Source of the DNA: Hemiscyllium ocellatum
Taxonomy: Eukaryota
Assembly (NCBI RefSeq): GCF_020745735.1
Contig: NW_026867526.1
Span: 186,001 to 250,000, forward strand
Direction: 5' to 3'
DNA length: 64,000 nucleotides
How positions within the stretch are numbered: the first letter of the stretch is position 1; each line of letters opens with the position of its first letter. Positions 24,878 to 37,004 of the stretch are shown piece by piece. Both the position numbers and the translations under genes were made by a program. The notes beneath the pieces are model-generated. The model saw only the letters and a list, made by a program, of their open reading frames with translations, was not told where the DNA came from and did no database searches.

Positions 24878-25400
24878 GGACTGCAGATGCTGGAGATCAG
24901 AGCTGAAAATGTGTTGCTGGAAAAGCGCAGCAGGTCAGGCAGCATCCAAGGAGCAGGAGAATCGACGTTTCAGGCATGAGCCCTTCTTCAGGAATGAGGA
25001 AGATGTGTCACGCAGGCTAAGATAAAAGGTAGGTAGGAGGGACTTGGGGGAGGGATGTTGGAAATGCGATAGGTGGAAGGAGGTAAAGGTGAGGGTGATA
25101 GGCCGGAGTGGAGGTGGGGGCGGAGAGGTCAGGAAGAAGATTGCAGGTTAGGAAAGTGGTGTTGAGTTCAAGAGTTGGGACTGAGACAAGGTGGGGGGAG
25201 GGGAAATGAGGAAACTGGAGAAATCTGAGTTCATCCCTTGTGGTTGGAGGGTTCCTAAGCGGAAGATGAGGCGCTTCTTCCTCCAGCCGTCGTGTTGCTA
25301 TGGTCTGGCGATGGAGGAGTCCAAGGACCTGCATGTCCTTGGTGGAGTGGGAGGGGGAGTTGAAGTGTTGAGCCACGGGGTGGTTGGGTTGGTTGGTCCG
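24878..25400 (-). mobile_element. Penelope-like element 3' end (endonuclease C-terminus plus pLTR)
   Basis: ORF 25017-25376: AQHFNSPSHSTKDMQVLGLLHRQTIATRRLEEE; followed by the same pLTR family as 5357-5582. Confidence 0.85.
24961..24994 (-). ncRNA. Minimal hammerhead ribozyme motif with intact core
   Basis: Minus strand UUC-CUGAAGA-A-GGGC-UCAU-GCCU-GAAA-CGUC-GAU; core and stem II intact, stem I weak (2 bp then a mismatch). Confidence 0.65.
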
Positions 25401-25429
25401 GGTATCCCAAAGGTATTATTACATAGCCT

Positions 25430-25975
25430 GCCATTACACAGTACCTATGGTTAGCCACTAACAGTCCCCATAAACAGCTATTCACCCTCCCCCAGCCAGA
25501 TCGTTATCCACTCCTTTGTCCAACTGCTCCTATCGCTCTTTTTAGACTCTATCCCCACCTATCATTTACTCCCTAACCCCTACCTTCTACATATAAACCG
25601 ACATTTTTTTTCTCAGTAACATCAGTACCTGAGTTAAAAATCTCACAACACCACGTTATAGTCCAACAGGTTTATTTGGAAACACACTAGCTTTCAGAGC
25701 GATGCTACACAATCACCTGATAAAGGAGCGTCGCTCTGAAAGCTAGTGTGCTTCTAATTAAACCTGTTGGACTATAACCTGGTGTTGTGTGATTTTTAAC
25801 TTTGTAAACCCCAGTTCAACACCGGCATCTCCAAATCATCAGTACCTGAGGTAGGGTCACCGGATCCAAAATGCGAACTGATTTCTCTTCACAGATGCTG
25901 TCAGATTTGCTGAGCTTTTCCAGCACCTTCTGGTTGTTGTGTGTGATTTACAGCATCCGCAGTTGTTTTGGTTTC
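25430..25975 (+). mobile_element. PLE pLTR-like repeat (CUGAGGA hammerhead family) interrupted by a nested insertion
   Basis: Homologous to 31680-31771 plus 36657-36900; its hammerhead-like segment ctgaggtagggtcaccggatccaaaatg lies at 25846-25873. Confidence 0.65.
25634..25836. mobile_element. Fold-back PLE pLTR insertion (GAAAGCUA hammerhead family) with 14-bp TSD
   Basis: catcagtacctgag at 25620-25633 and 25837-25850; inverted arms ~25632-25706 and ~25726-25800 (about 6 mismatches); cac-CTGATAA-A-GGAGC-GTC-GCTCT-GAAA-GCTA-gtg at 25714-25749. Confidence 0.85.
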
Positions 25976-26114
25976 AATTTACCCGGAGTTCCTATTTCAG
26001 GTCTAGCAGACTGAAACAGTGTTTATCAACCCTCCCAATCCACACTAACGCCACCCCTCTCCCAGTCTCTGCTGTCTCTCCCAGTCCCTTCACACTCACT
26101 GAGATCCCCCCCCA

Positions 26115-26375
26115 TCACAGTGCCAGTGATCCGGGTTCAATTCCTGCCTCAGGCAATTATCCGTGTGGAGTTTGCACATTCTCCCTCTGTCTGCGTGGGT
26201 TTCCTCCGGGTGCTCCAGTTTCCTCCCACAGTTCAAAAATATGCAGGTTAGGTGAAATGGCCATGTTAAATTGCCCATAGTGTTAGGTGAAGGGGTAAAA
26301 GTAGCGGGGTGGGGTGGAGTTGTTGGGCTGAAGGGCCTGTTTCCACACTGTAAGTAATCTAATCTAATCTTTTCC
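26115..26375 (+). mobile_element. V-SINE (internally deleted)
   Basis: ggttcaattcc box B, V-domain, gggctgaagggcctgtttccacactgtaag tail and (ctaat)n end; directly followed by a CR1 3' fragment 26376-26695. Confidence 0.85.
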
Positions 26376-27499
26376 CTCAGGTGGGGGAATTCCAGAACTA
26401 GTCGGCACAGGCTTAGGGTGAGAGGGGAAAGATATGAAAGAGACCTGAGGGGCAACATTTTCATGCAGAGTGTGCTGCGTGTATGGAATGAACTATCAGA
26501 AGATGTGGTGGAGACTGGTACAATTGCAACATTGAAAATCCATCTGGATGGGTATGTCAATAGGGAGGTTTGGATGGATATGGGCTGGGTGCTGGCAGGC
26601 TGGACTAGATTGGGTTGGGGTAAGTGGTTGGCATGGACGGAATGGACTGAAGGGTCTGTTTCCATGTTATGCATCTCTATGACTCTATGACCTTCTAAAC
26701 AATTCTGTATCCAAATAACTAGTTCTCCCTGTATTCTACAGTGTCCAACTTGCTAACCAGTCTGTCATGTAGAAGTTTGTGTCTTACTGAAGTCCAAGTT
26801 AGTGACTTCCATGCACAAAGCCATGCTACCTCTCCCTAATCAGTGGGAAGTGGCCTTTCCTTCCCACCTTTCTCAAATAATGGCGCCCATCTTCCAGCAC
26901 CTCACCTGTGACTATCAATGACACAAATATCTCAGCGAAGGGCCCATCAAACACTTCCCTAGATTCCCACAAAGTTCTGGGTTACACCTGAGCACGGCCC
27001 AGTGATATATCCACCTTTATGCATTTTAAGACATCCAGTACTCCATCCGCTCTAATATGGACACTTGTCAAGTTATCACTATTTATTTCTCCAAACATAA
27101 AAGCTGCCACATCATCTTTCAGTAAAAGAATCTCATGTAGAATCTCTCCCACCTCCTGCGGTTCCACAGACAGCCTTGATGATTTTTGTGGGTACCTATT
27201 CTCTGTCTGGTTACTCGTTTGTCCTTAGTGTATTTGTAGAATTGCTTTGGATTCTCCTCAAACCTATTTCCTAAACCTATCTCATGCCCCCTTTTTGCCC
27301 TCCTGGTTTACCTCCAGTATACGCCTACTGCCCTTATACTCCTCTAGGGAGTCACACAAACCCAGCTGTCTGTACCTGTCATATGCCTCCTTCATTTTCT
27401 TGACCAGGCCCTCAATTTCTCTCGACAGGCAGCATTCTCTACACCGACCAGCCTTGGCCTTAACAGGAACATACTGTCTATGTACTCTCATTGTCGCAG

Positions 27500-28815
27500 G
27501 CCTATGGAGGCAATGGCAGATGAGGACAGAGAAGCAATCATTCTCATTACAGACATAATGTTGTGAAAGGTAACAGCCTAAAGGTAGATGGGTCTCCTGG
27601 CCCTGATGGAATGCATCCCAGGGACTAAAAGAGATGTCAGGGTTGGGGGGGAACACAACAAGCGCGCTGAACAAGGGGGAACAAGTGGATGTGGTGCATC
27701 TGGATTTCCAGAAAATATTCAACAATTTACCACACAAAAGGCTGCTGTATAAGGTAAAGGTTGCACAGCATTGTGGGTAATGCATTGGCATGGATAGAGG
27801 ATTGGTTAATGAACAAAAATAAAGAATGGGGATAAATGAGTGTTTGGGTTAGTGTTGGCACTACAACTGTTTACCATTTACACAAATGTTAGGGAGTTGA
27901 GGACCAAGTGTACGGTGTCAGAGTTCACATTTGACATTAAGATGAGGTCGAGCAATGTGTGCAGAGACCACTATCAGTCTGCACAGAGATACAGAAAGGT
28001 TAAGTGAGTGGGTAAGGGTCTGGCAGATGGGGTATAATGTTGGGGAACGTGAGGTTATTCATTTTGGTCAGACTAACAGCAAACTGGATGATTAAAATAT
28101 TGAAAACTTGCAGCATGCTGCTGTGCAGAGGGAGCTGGGTGTCCTTGTGCGTGAATCACAGGAAGCTGGTTTGCAGGTGCAGCAGGTAATTAAGGCAGTG
28201 AAGGGAATATTGTCCTTCATTGCTAGAGGGATGGTTATGCTGCAGTTGTACAGGGCCCTGGTGAGGCCACACCGGGAGTACTGTGTACAGGTTTGGTCTC
28301 CTTACTTCAGGAAGGATGTACTGACACAAGAGGGGGTGCAGAGGAAGGTCACTACTTTTAGTCAGGAGTTGAGAGGGTTGGTGTTTGTGGAGAGATTGAG
28401 TAGACTGGGACTATATTCTTTAGAATTTAGAAGAATGGGAGGTTGGATAGGAAAAATAAAATTATGAATAGATAAGATGGAAGCAGGGAGGTTATTTGCA
28501 CTGGGGACAGGTGAAACTAGAGGGCATAGTGTCAAAATAAGGGGAAGCAGATTTAGGACTGAATTCAGGAGGAACTTCTTCAGCTAAAGGGTTGTGAGTC
28601 TGTGGAATTCCCTGCTGAGTGAAGCTGACTGACATCTTGAATATCTTTAAGGCAAAAGGTAGATTTATGAACAGGAAAGGAATTAAGGGTGATGGTGGGA
28701 CAGCAGGAAAGTGCAGCTGAGACCATGGAAAGATCAGCCCTGACCTTTTTCAATGGCAGAGCAGGCTTGAGGGGCCAGATGGCCTACTCCTGCTCCTCTT
28801 CCTTATGTTCTTATG
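27500..28815 (+). mobile_element. Decayed CR1 LINE RT/3' fragment
   Basis: ORF 28108-28467 contains LQLYRALVRPHREYCVQVWSP; ends ttatgttcttatgtt at ~28803-28817; an antisense CR1 fragment lies at ~26720-27490. Confidence 0.85.
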
Positions 28816-29063
28816 TTCCCACTTCCCAGCCGTCCCTTTACCTGGGAGTAGCCTCCTGCAAACAAATTTTGAAAGTTCTTGCCTCATGCCATTAACATTG
28901 GCTTTTGTCCAAATTAGAACATTAACTTTTACATCTGGTCTATTCTTTTCTAAAACCAGTTTAAAACTAGTAGAATAATCAGATAATCCAATCGGCCCAT
29001 CACATCCACACTGACCCTCACAGCCTCCTACCCTACCCCTGTAACAATGCATTTCCCATGGCC

Positions 29064-29288
29064 AATCCACCTAACCTACACACCCCTGAACACAATGGGC
29101 AATTCAGCCTGGATAATCCACCCAATCTGCACATCCCTGAACACTGTGGGCAATTCAGCCTGGAAAATCCACCCAATCTGCACATCCCTGAACACAATGG
29201 ACAATTCAGCCTGGATAATCCACCCAACCTGCACATCCCTGAACACTATGGACAATTCAGCCTGGATAATCCACCTAACCTGCACATC
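29064..29288 (-). repeat. 51-bp tandem repeat (about 4.5 units) inside an antisense V-SINE
   Basis: Unit cacatccctgaacactgtgggcaattcagcctggaaaatccacccaatctg; appears as a 17-aa repeat in the ORF track; flanked by V-SINE V-domain (29289-29340) and tail (28985-29063). Confidence 0.9.
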
Positions 29289-31774
29289 TTTGGAAAATGG
29301 GAGGAAACCAGAGCACCTGGACGAAACCCACACAGACAACCCCAATAAGGTGATCATCCCTCTCTTATCTCCATTCCATCCAAATATCTTCACTGGGCGT
29401 ACTCCCAGGAATATCCTCCTGAAGCACAACCATAATGCTATCCCTAATCAAAAACTCCACTCCTCCTTCTCCTCTCTTGTCCCTCGTTCTATCCTTCATA
29501 TATCATCTATACCCTGGAACACTAAGCTGCCAGTCCTATCCATCCCTGAGCCACATTTCTGTCATACCCATAATATCCCAGTCCCATGTTCAAAACCATA
29601 CCCTGAGCTCATCTGCCTTCCCTGTCAGGCCTCTTCCATTGACGTCAATGCAGTGTCACTGCTCAGTCCCACCACGTTCTGTGCCTTGTACTTGACTGCT
29701 TGACTTCTGAACTATACCAGCCTCAGATTTTCCTCTTTTCTCACTATCTATTTGGGTTTACCACTGACTCCCTCACTGGTTTAATGCTCCCCAAATATCA
29801 CTAGCAAGTCTCCCTACCTAGATATTAGACATCTTCCAATTCAGGGACAATCCATCCTTATGCAGGTCAACTCTACCCCAGAGGAGATTACAATGATCCA
29901 AAAATGTGAACCCTTCTCCCCTGCACCGGCTCGTTAGCCACTCACCCAGCACCACCTCCTCTGTAATATGGACATTTTTCAAGATGTCACCATCTATTTC
30001 CCCACATTCTGTATCGCCCATGTCCTTCTCCACAGTAAACACTATTGCAAAATACTCGTTTAGTATCTCCCCCATCGTCTGCAGTTCCATGCATAGGCTG
30101 CCTTGCTGATCTTTGAGTTACCTTATTCTCTCTCTCTGGATGGCCTTTTGTTCTGAACATAATTATAAAAGCCCTTTGGCTTATCCTTAACCCTACTTGC
30201 CAAAGCTATCTCCTGTCCCCTTTTTGCCCTCCTGAGTTCCCTCTTAAGTATACTCTTACTGCCTTTCTCCTCAAAGACTTTATTGGATTTTTGGATTGGA
30301 ATAAATTCAAAATATTACATCTTGATAAAACAAACGAGGGCAGGACTTACACTAATTAAAAGTAGGGCCTAGTGTAGTGATATGGAACAAAGAGACCGAG
30401 GGGTTCAGTCTTTTGAAGCCTGTGTCAGGTGTAGACAGGATGATTCAGAAGGTGGTTAGCACACTGACCTTCATTGTTCAGACCTTTGAGTAGAGGGAGT
30501 CGCTTTGTTGAGGTTGTACAGGATGTTAGTGAGGCCTCTTCTGCAATACTGTGCCCAGTTCTGGTTGTGCTGTTATAGGAAGGCTATTATTAAATTGGAG
30601 TAGATTCAGAAAAGATTTACCAGGACGGTGATGGGAATGGAAGGATTGTGTAATAAGGAGAGGCTGAGACATTTTTCACTACAGCGTAGGAAGTTCAGGG
30701 GTGACCTTATTAGAGGTTTATAAATTCATGAAGAGTATGGATAAGGTGAATGGCCGGGGGGAAGGGAATTCAAGACTCGGGTGCATACATTTTGAGAAGA
30801 GATGAGAAAGGTTTGAAAAAAAGACATTAGGGATGTTTTAATTTTTATGCATGTGGAATGAACTTCCAGAGGAAGTGGTAGCTGTGAATACAATTATAAT
30901 ATTTAAAAGACATTTGGATAAGTACATTAATAGGAAATACTTGGATGAATGTGGACCAAGCAGAGGCAGGTGCGATTAGTTCAGTTTGGAGTTATGGCCG
31001 ACATGGATTGGTTAGACCACAGGGTCTGCTTCCTCACTATCCCTGTGAATGGCTCCATCCTCACAACTCTTCCAATCACTGTCACCTCATTCAGCCTCAC
31101 AACTCTTCCTTCTCTCTATAATTCCTCTGCAGCATCAGAACGCTCCCTATCTCTCATCTCCTCCAGTTTCTCAAACCTCTGCTATATGTGCCTTTCCTTA
31201 ATGCCAGTGTTGAGGATACCCTCATTCACTCTGATTGGTTGGAGGACAAACTGGCATTGCCTGGTCCTCCAGTCCCACCCTCTGCCCCCTGTTGGCCTGC
31301 ACTGACATCAATCACTGCACAGACCATTCTCTGCTTTTGCTGCTGTTCATCAGGTACGAGAGAGAGGGTTCATTCCTGTTTCTCCCAATGTCAGACATTA
31401 ACAACAACTACCTGCATTGTATGGAGCTGTTCACATTGACAAATCTCCCTAAAGTGCTTCACGAATGATGGAAACATTGATTAAACAGACTATTTTCAGA
31501 TACAAATTAAAGGAGGACAGAGAGGGTTAGGGAGGATATTCCAGAGGAATGTGTCCTCGGCAGCTCCAATCGTGGATTGATGTAGGTGGGGAACAGCTTA
31601 CAATGGAGACAGTTAGTGGCTAAACATAGGTTAACAATCCCATGCCCTAAGGCCCTATCCACACACCAGGCCTTGTTCTCACAGCCTGTCATTACAAATT
31701 ACCTATGGTTAGCCCTAACAGTCCCAATTAACAGCTATTCACCCTCCCAGCCTGATAGTTATCTAATCTTTTAT

Positions 31775-34700
31775 CATTTCCCTGGGGCAGGCTACTTCGA
31801 TGTCACCTTCAGGAGCGTGAAGCAATGCCAGCAGCTCCTGAAGGTCTTCAAGGAAAAGGACGGGGAGCCGCTGTTCTCCATCTTGTCGGGGGTCCCGCTG
31901 TGTGTGCTTCCTGCACAGAGGAGTCGGGTTGTCACGATCCACATGTACAACCCCTATGTTCCAGCAACTGATGTCCTGACGTTCCTGAGGAGATATGTGC
32001 AGGTTGAGGGAGAAAGCACTGACGTGGTTGACCCTTTCGGGATCTGGACTAGCAAACGACAGGTCAAGGCAACCCTGAGGGTTGATGCCAGTGGGAACAT
32101 CCTCCACCCACTCTCCAGCTTTGCTATCGGAGGGAGCAGAGAGTACCTGACTTATCGCAGGGCAGCCGAAAGTGTGCCGAACCTGCGGGAGGTCAGGCCA
32201 CATGGCGGCGGACTGCAAGGTCACGATATGTCGGAACTGCAAGAAGGAGGGCCACCCGACCAAAGAATGCAAGGAGGCAAAAAACTGCAATCTGTGCGGG
32301 GAGGTGGGCCACGTGTACAAGGCCTGCCCAAGACGTGGGGCCGCCACCTACGCGCAGATGGTCGGGGGGTGGGCCACAAACCAGCAAGGGAACGGTGTCT
32401 GGGGGCACGCAAAAAGAAGGACAGGCCGGAGCAGAGCAGACGCCAGCTACTGGAGAGGGAGAGCTGCTGAGCAAAGCTCCGACAGGACGGGAGGAGGAGG
32501 AGGAGGAGAAGGGAAAGGAGGAGGCAGAGGAATGGATCCTGGTGCAAAACAAGAGGAGGGAAACCCACCCAGCTGCCAAAACCTCCCAGAAACAGGGGAA
32601 AAGGCAGCTGCATGGGGAAGACACGGACAGCTCTTCGGAGGGTGAGGACGGACGTAAGGAGGGTCGCCACCAAAAGAAGAGGCAGAGTGCTGCGGGGAGA
32701 AAGGAGAGCAGCAACTGCCAACCAAGGGACGGACCTCCTGAGGCAATGGGAAGCTATCACACCCCCACCAGGTAAAAGCCAGGAGGGCCCCACCCCCACA
32801 CAGCTCCAGGTCACTGGGAGCAGCGACCCTCTGACAGCCCCACTGTCAGATATAGAAGCAGACAGCGTGGACCCTGGTCACAGCCCGATGACACCGGAGC
32901 GGGAAAATGGACCAAGTGAGGAGCTGGACAGCTACCTCAGCCCTGCGAGGGTCCAGCAGTTCGTGTTCTGCATGGGGATGCAGACAGCTACCCCCGAGGG
33001 GCAGGACCGGCGGCAATTGGACACGGGTAACCTCACAACTTGTTAAAAGAAATGGGGATTTAAATTGCCAGTATTAATGTGGGCAGCATAAAATCTGCTG
33101 TGTGATGTGTTTCAACGCTGGCCTTCCTGGCCAACGTCAAAGCTGATGTCCTGTTTCTGCAGGAGTGTGGGATACCGCACCTCAGCAGTTACAGGAGATG
33201 GTCGAGCTTGTGGGCCCATGGGCCGTCAGAGTGGTCGGGAGGCAACGATAACCGCTCCTCAGGCCTGGGTATCCTGTTGCGGGGAGGCAACTTCACCATC
33301 TCCGAGGTTAAGGAGGTGGTGGGCGGGCGCCTCCTCGTCGCGGATGTTAAATACAGAAACGCTCCCGTGAGACTAATCACCGTGTACGCCCCAGCGGGTA
33401 AGAGTGAACGGTTGGCCGTCCTGCAGCAGCTTCCACTGTTGCTGGCTCCATCCAGGCCGGTCATTCTGGCCGGAGACTTCAACTGTATCATTGATGCAGA
33501 TGGACGATCCGGAGGGTGGGGGGACAGTAAACTGGACGCCACGTCCAGAGCCCTGATGGAAACGGTCAAAGATGCCAAGCTGCACGACGTCTTCATCACC
33601 CCTGCAGACGGAGCGCAGCGTAGATACACCTGGTCACGGGCAGACGGGTCTATTCGCTCAAGGATAGGTGATCTGTTTGTGTCCCGAACGCTCTCGGTCA
33701 GATCCACCGACATCAAGCCGGTGTTCTTCTCTGACCACTGCCTCCTGCTGGCCGACTGTCACCTACAGGACGAGCAGCGGGCTGGTAAGGGAACATGGAA
33801 ACTAAACACTAAGCTGTTGACCCCGGGAAACATCGAGGAGCTCAAGAGGGATTACGCAGGTTGGAGAACCGCGAAGCCCCTCTTTGAGTCTCCAGCAGAC
33901 TGGTGGAAAAAAGTAAAAGGGAACATCAAGAGGTTCTTCATCCTCAAAAGGTGTTCAGGAGGCGAGGGAGAGGTGGGGAAAACTGTCCCAACTCCAGGAA
34001 AGTATGCAGAACATGCTCCTGTTGCAGACATTGGGGGTCGATGTCACGGGGGTCCTCCAAGAGGTGAAGGGCCAGCAAGCCTCGCTCTTTGCCTCGGAGG
34101 CCTCCAAGATAATCTTCCGGTCCAGAGTCTGCTCCGTGGAGCAGGACGAGACGTGCTCACGTTTCTTTTTCCAGAAGGTGTACAAAGAGAGCTCCGTGTT
34201 CAGCAGCCTGAAGGAAGAAGATGGCTCGGTAACGTCATCTCAGGCTGACATCATGAGGATCAGCAAATCCTTCTATGCCAGTCTGTATGACTCGAAGCCA
34301 ACCGACAGCGCGGCCTCCCAGTCATTCCTGTCCTCTATCACGGAGGGCCTAGATGACGGAACACGAGAGAGGCTGGACCAGCCGCTATCTCTGGATGAGC
34401 AGACCAAGGCCCTCGAGTCCTTCGAAAAGAATGAAACTCCCAGAAGCGCCGGCTTACCTGTCGAGATCTATTCCGCTCTTTGGGACTTGATTGGCCGGGA
34501 CCTGCTGGAGGTGTATGTCAGTATGTTTCAGGCAGGTACCATGAGTGAATCCATGAGGAAAGGCATCATCACCCTCATCTACAAGCAGAAGCGGGAGAGG
34601 GAGGAAATTAGAAACTGGAGACCGATCTCACTGTTAAACACAGACTACAAAATCTTGTCAAAGGTCATCGCCAACCGGGTCAGGTCTGCTCTGGGATTGG

Positions 34701-36656
34701 TGACCCACCCTGACCAAACCTGTGCTGTACCGGGCAGGAAGATCTCTGAGAGTCTTACACTCCTCAGGGATACGATCGCCTACGTGCAGGACAGGGGGGT
34801 GGACACCTGCCTCATCAGCCTGGACCAGGAGAAAGCCTTTGGCAGGATATCGTATACATATATGAGGGATGTCCTCTCCAAAATGGGCTTTGGGGAGGGA
34901 ATTGGATCAGACTGCTCTACACCTACATTGTCAGTTCAGTCTCAATCAATGGGTGGGAATCAGATAGCTTCCCTGAAAGATCTGGAGTCAGGCAGGGCTG
35001 CCCCCTCTCACCCGCCTTGTTTGAGTGCTGCATAGAGCCATTTGCCGAATCCATCAGGAAGGATGCGAGCCTGAGAGGGGTGACTATTCCTGGCAGCGGA
35101 GGCCTACATGTTAAGGCCTCCCTGTACATGGATGACGTCGCTGTTTTCTGCTCGGATCCGCTGTCCGTGCACAGACTCATGTGCATCTGTGTCCAGTTCG
35201 AACGGGTCTCGGGGGCCAAGGTAAACCGAGGCAAGAGCGAGGCCATGCTGTACGGGAACCGGGTCGACCAATCCTCTAAACCCTTCACCCTCAGGACTGA
35301 CCACCTGAAGGTGCTGGGTATTTGGTTCGGGGGTGCTGGGGCGTGCGCCAAGACTTGGGAGGAGCGGATCAGGAAGATGAGACAGAAACTAGGCAGATGG
35401 GAGCAACGGTCGCTCTCCATCGTGGGAAAAAACCTGGTCATCAGGTGTGAGGTACTCTCAGTATTGTTATATGTGGCACAGGTCTGGCCTATCCCCAGAA
35501 TCTGTGCCGCCGCAGTCACCCGGGCCATCTTCCACTTCATGTGGAGATCAAAGATGGACCGGTTCCGAAGAGACACAATGTACAAAGACCAGTGCAATGG
35601 GGGAGAAAACATGCCCAATGCCACCCTCACCCTGATGGCCACCTTTGTGTGTGGCTGCATCAAGCTGTGCGTGGATCCCCGGTACACAAACACCAAGTGT
35701 CACTACGTACTGAGGTTCTACCTGTCCCTGGTGTTGCGAAGGATGGGCCTGGCCTCGCTGCCGCGGAACGCTCCAAGTAGTTGGACCGTTCCGTATCACC
35801 TGTCCTTCGTGGAGAAATTTATGAAGAAAAACACCTTTGACCACAAGTCCATCAGGAAGTGGTCAGTACGTAGTGTCCTTGAGACCCTTCGGGAAAAGGA
35901 GAGGGCGGATCCTGTCGAGTGGTTCCCTGAGCAGACTGTCAAAGCTATTTGGCAGAATGCCTCATCGCCAGAACTTTCCAACAAGCACCAAGACATGGCT
36001 TGGCTGGTGGTGAGAAGGGCTCTGCCTGTGAGATCCTTTATGCACACCCGGACTCTCTGCCGCACCGCACGCTGCCCTCGAAGCGGCTGCGGGGTGGATG
36101 AGACTGTCACACACCTCCTTCTGGAATGTGCCTATGCAGAGGAAGTCTGGAGTGGTGTTTGTCGAGGTTCGTCCCGAGCAGCACCGTGACGCGGGACTCC
36201 GTGCTCTACGGCCTGTTCCCCGGGACACACACCGAGACGAACATCAACTGCGCCTGGAGGATCATCAACTCGGTGAAGGACGCTCACTGGGCGGTCCGAA
36301 ACCTGTTGATCTTCCAGCTGAAGGAATTGACCCCGACTGAGTGTTGCAAACTGGCACATTCCAAGGTCTAGGACTACGTGTTGAGGGACGTGCTGAAGCT
36401 TGGGGCAGCTGCCACCAAGGCGCGGTGGGGAAAGACCACCGTGTAACATCTGCCTGCCTAAGAAGAACAGGGGGCCCACGTAGTCATTTGGGCTCTGCTG
36501 GCACCTCAGCTCAAAATATAATCATACCGACCTGTAAATAGGAATGATTACTCTGTTTTGGTATGAAAAGAAATGGAATGTTTACCTATGTACGGCATGT
36601 CCAGTTGTATAGATCAAAGTATTTATGAATAAAGTATATTTCTAAAATAAAAAAAA
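31775..36656 (+). mobile_element. Tx1/L1-clade non-LTR retrotransposon, 5'-truncated in ORF1, multiply frameshifted
   Basis: ORF1: FPGAGYFDVTF..., three CCHC knuckles (CRTCGRSGHMAADC, CRNCKKEGHPTKEC, CNLCGEVGHVYKAC), stop at 33046. ORF2 ATG 33052: endonuclease (INV, FLQE, GDFN, FSDH), RT (NWRPISLLNTDYKILSK, SLDQEKAF, GVRQGCPLSP, YMDD), C-terminal CPR.GC..DETVTHLLLEC, end 36446. AATAAA 36628 and A8 tail 36649-36656. Frameshifts at ~32157, 32366, 32735, 33946, 34900, 36150; stops at 33061 and 36369. Confidence 0.93.
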
Positions 36657-37004
36657 TCCTTGATCCAACTGTTCTTCTCGCTCTATCCCCACCTCCCCTT
36701 TACTCCTTACATCCTCCCCCCACCCTACCTTCTGCATATAAACTGACTTATTTCCCTCGGTAACGTCAGTTCTGAGGAAGGGTCACCGGATCGGAAACTT
36801 TAACTCTGGTTTCTCTTCACAGATGCTGTTCGGCCCGCTGACATTTTCACGAGCCTCCTGGTTGTTGTTTCTGATTTACAGCATCCACAGTTCTTTTGGT
36901 TTTAATTGACCAGGAGTTTGTAATTCAGGTCTAGCAGCCTCTCTGCTGGCTCTCCCACTCACAGTGACATTGTCCCTGCACAGCTCATGGTCATGTGGCA
37001 TCTT

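Noticed and set aside
29064-29288. CRISPR-like array (also considered for 46165-46246)
   Set aside because: Units are contiguous with no unique spacers, the DNA is eukaryotic and there are no cas genes.
29047-29703. 218-aa and 96-aa ORFs with 17-aa repeats
   Set aside because: By-products of a 51-bp tandem repeat inside a SINE, open on both strands; no sign of a real protein.
31763-36479. Long minus-strand ORFs (31763-32347, 32193-32714, 32221-32814, 33189-33716, 34923-35696)
   Set aside because: Antisense shadows of the GC-rich Tx1 ORF1/ORF2; no recognisable domains.
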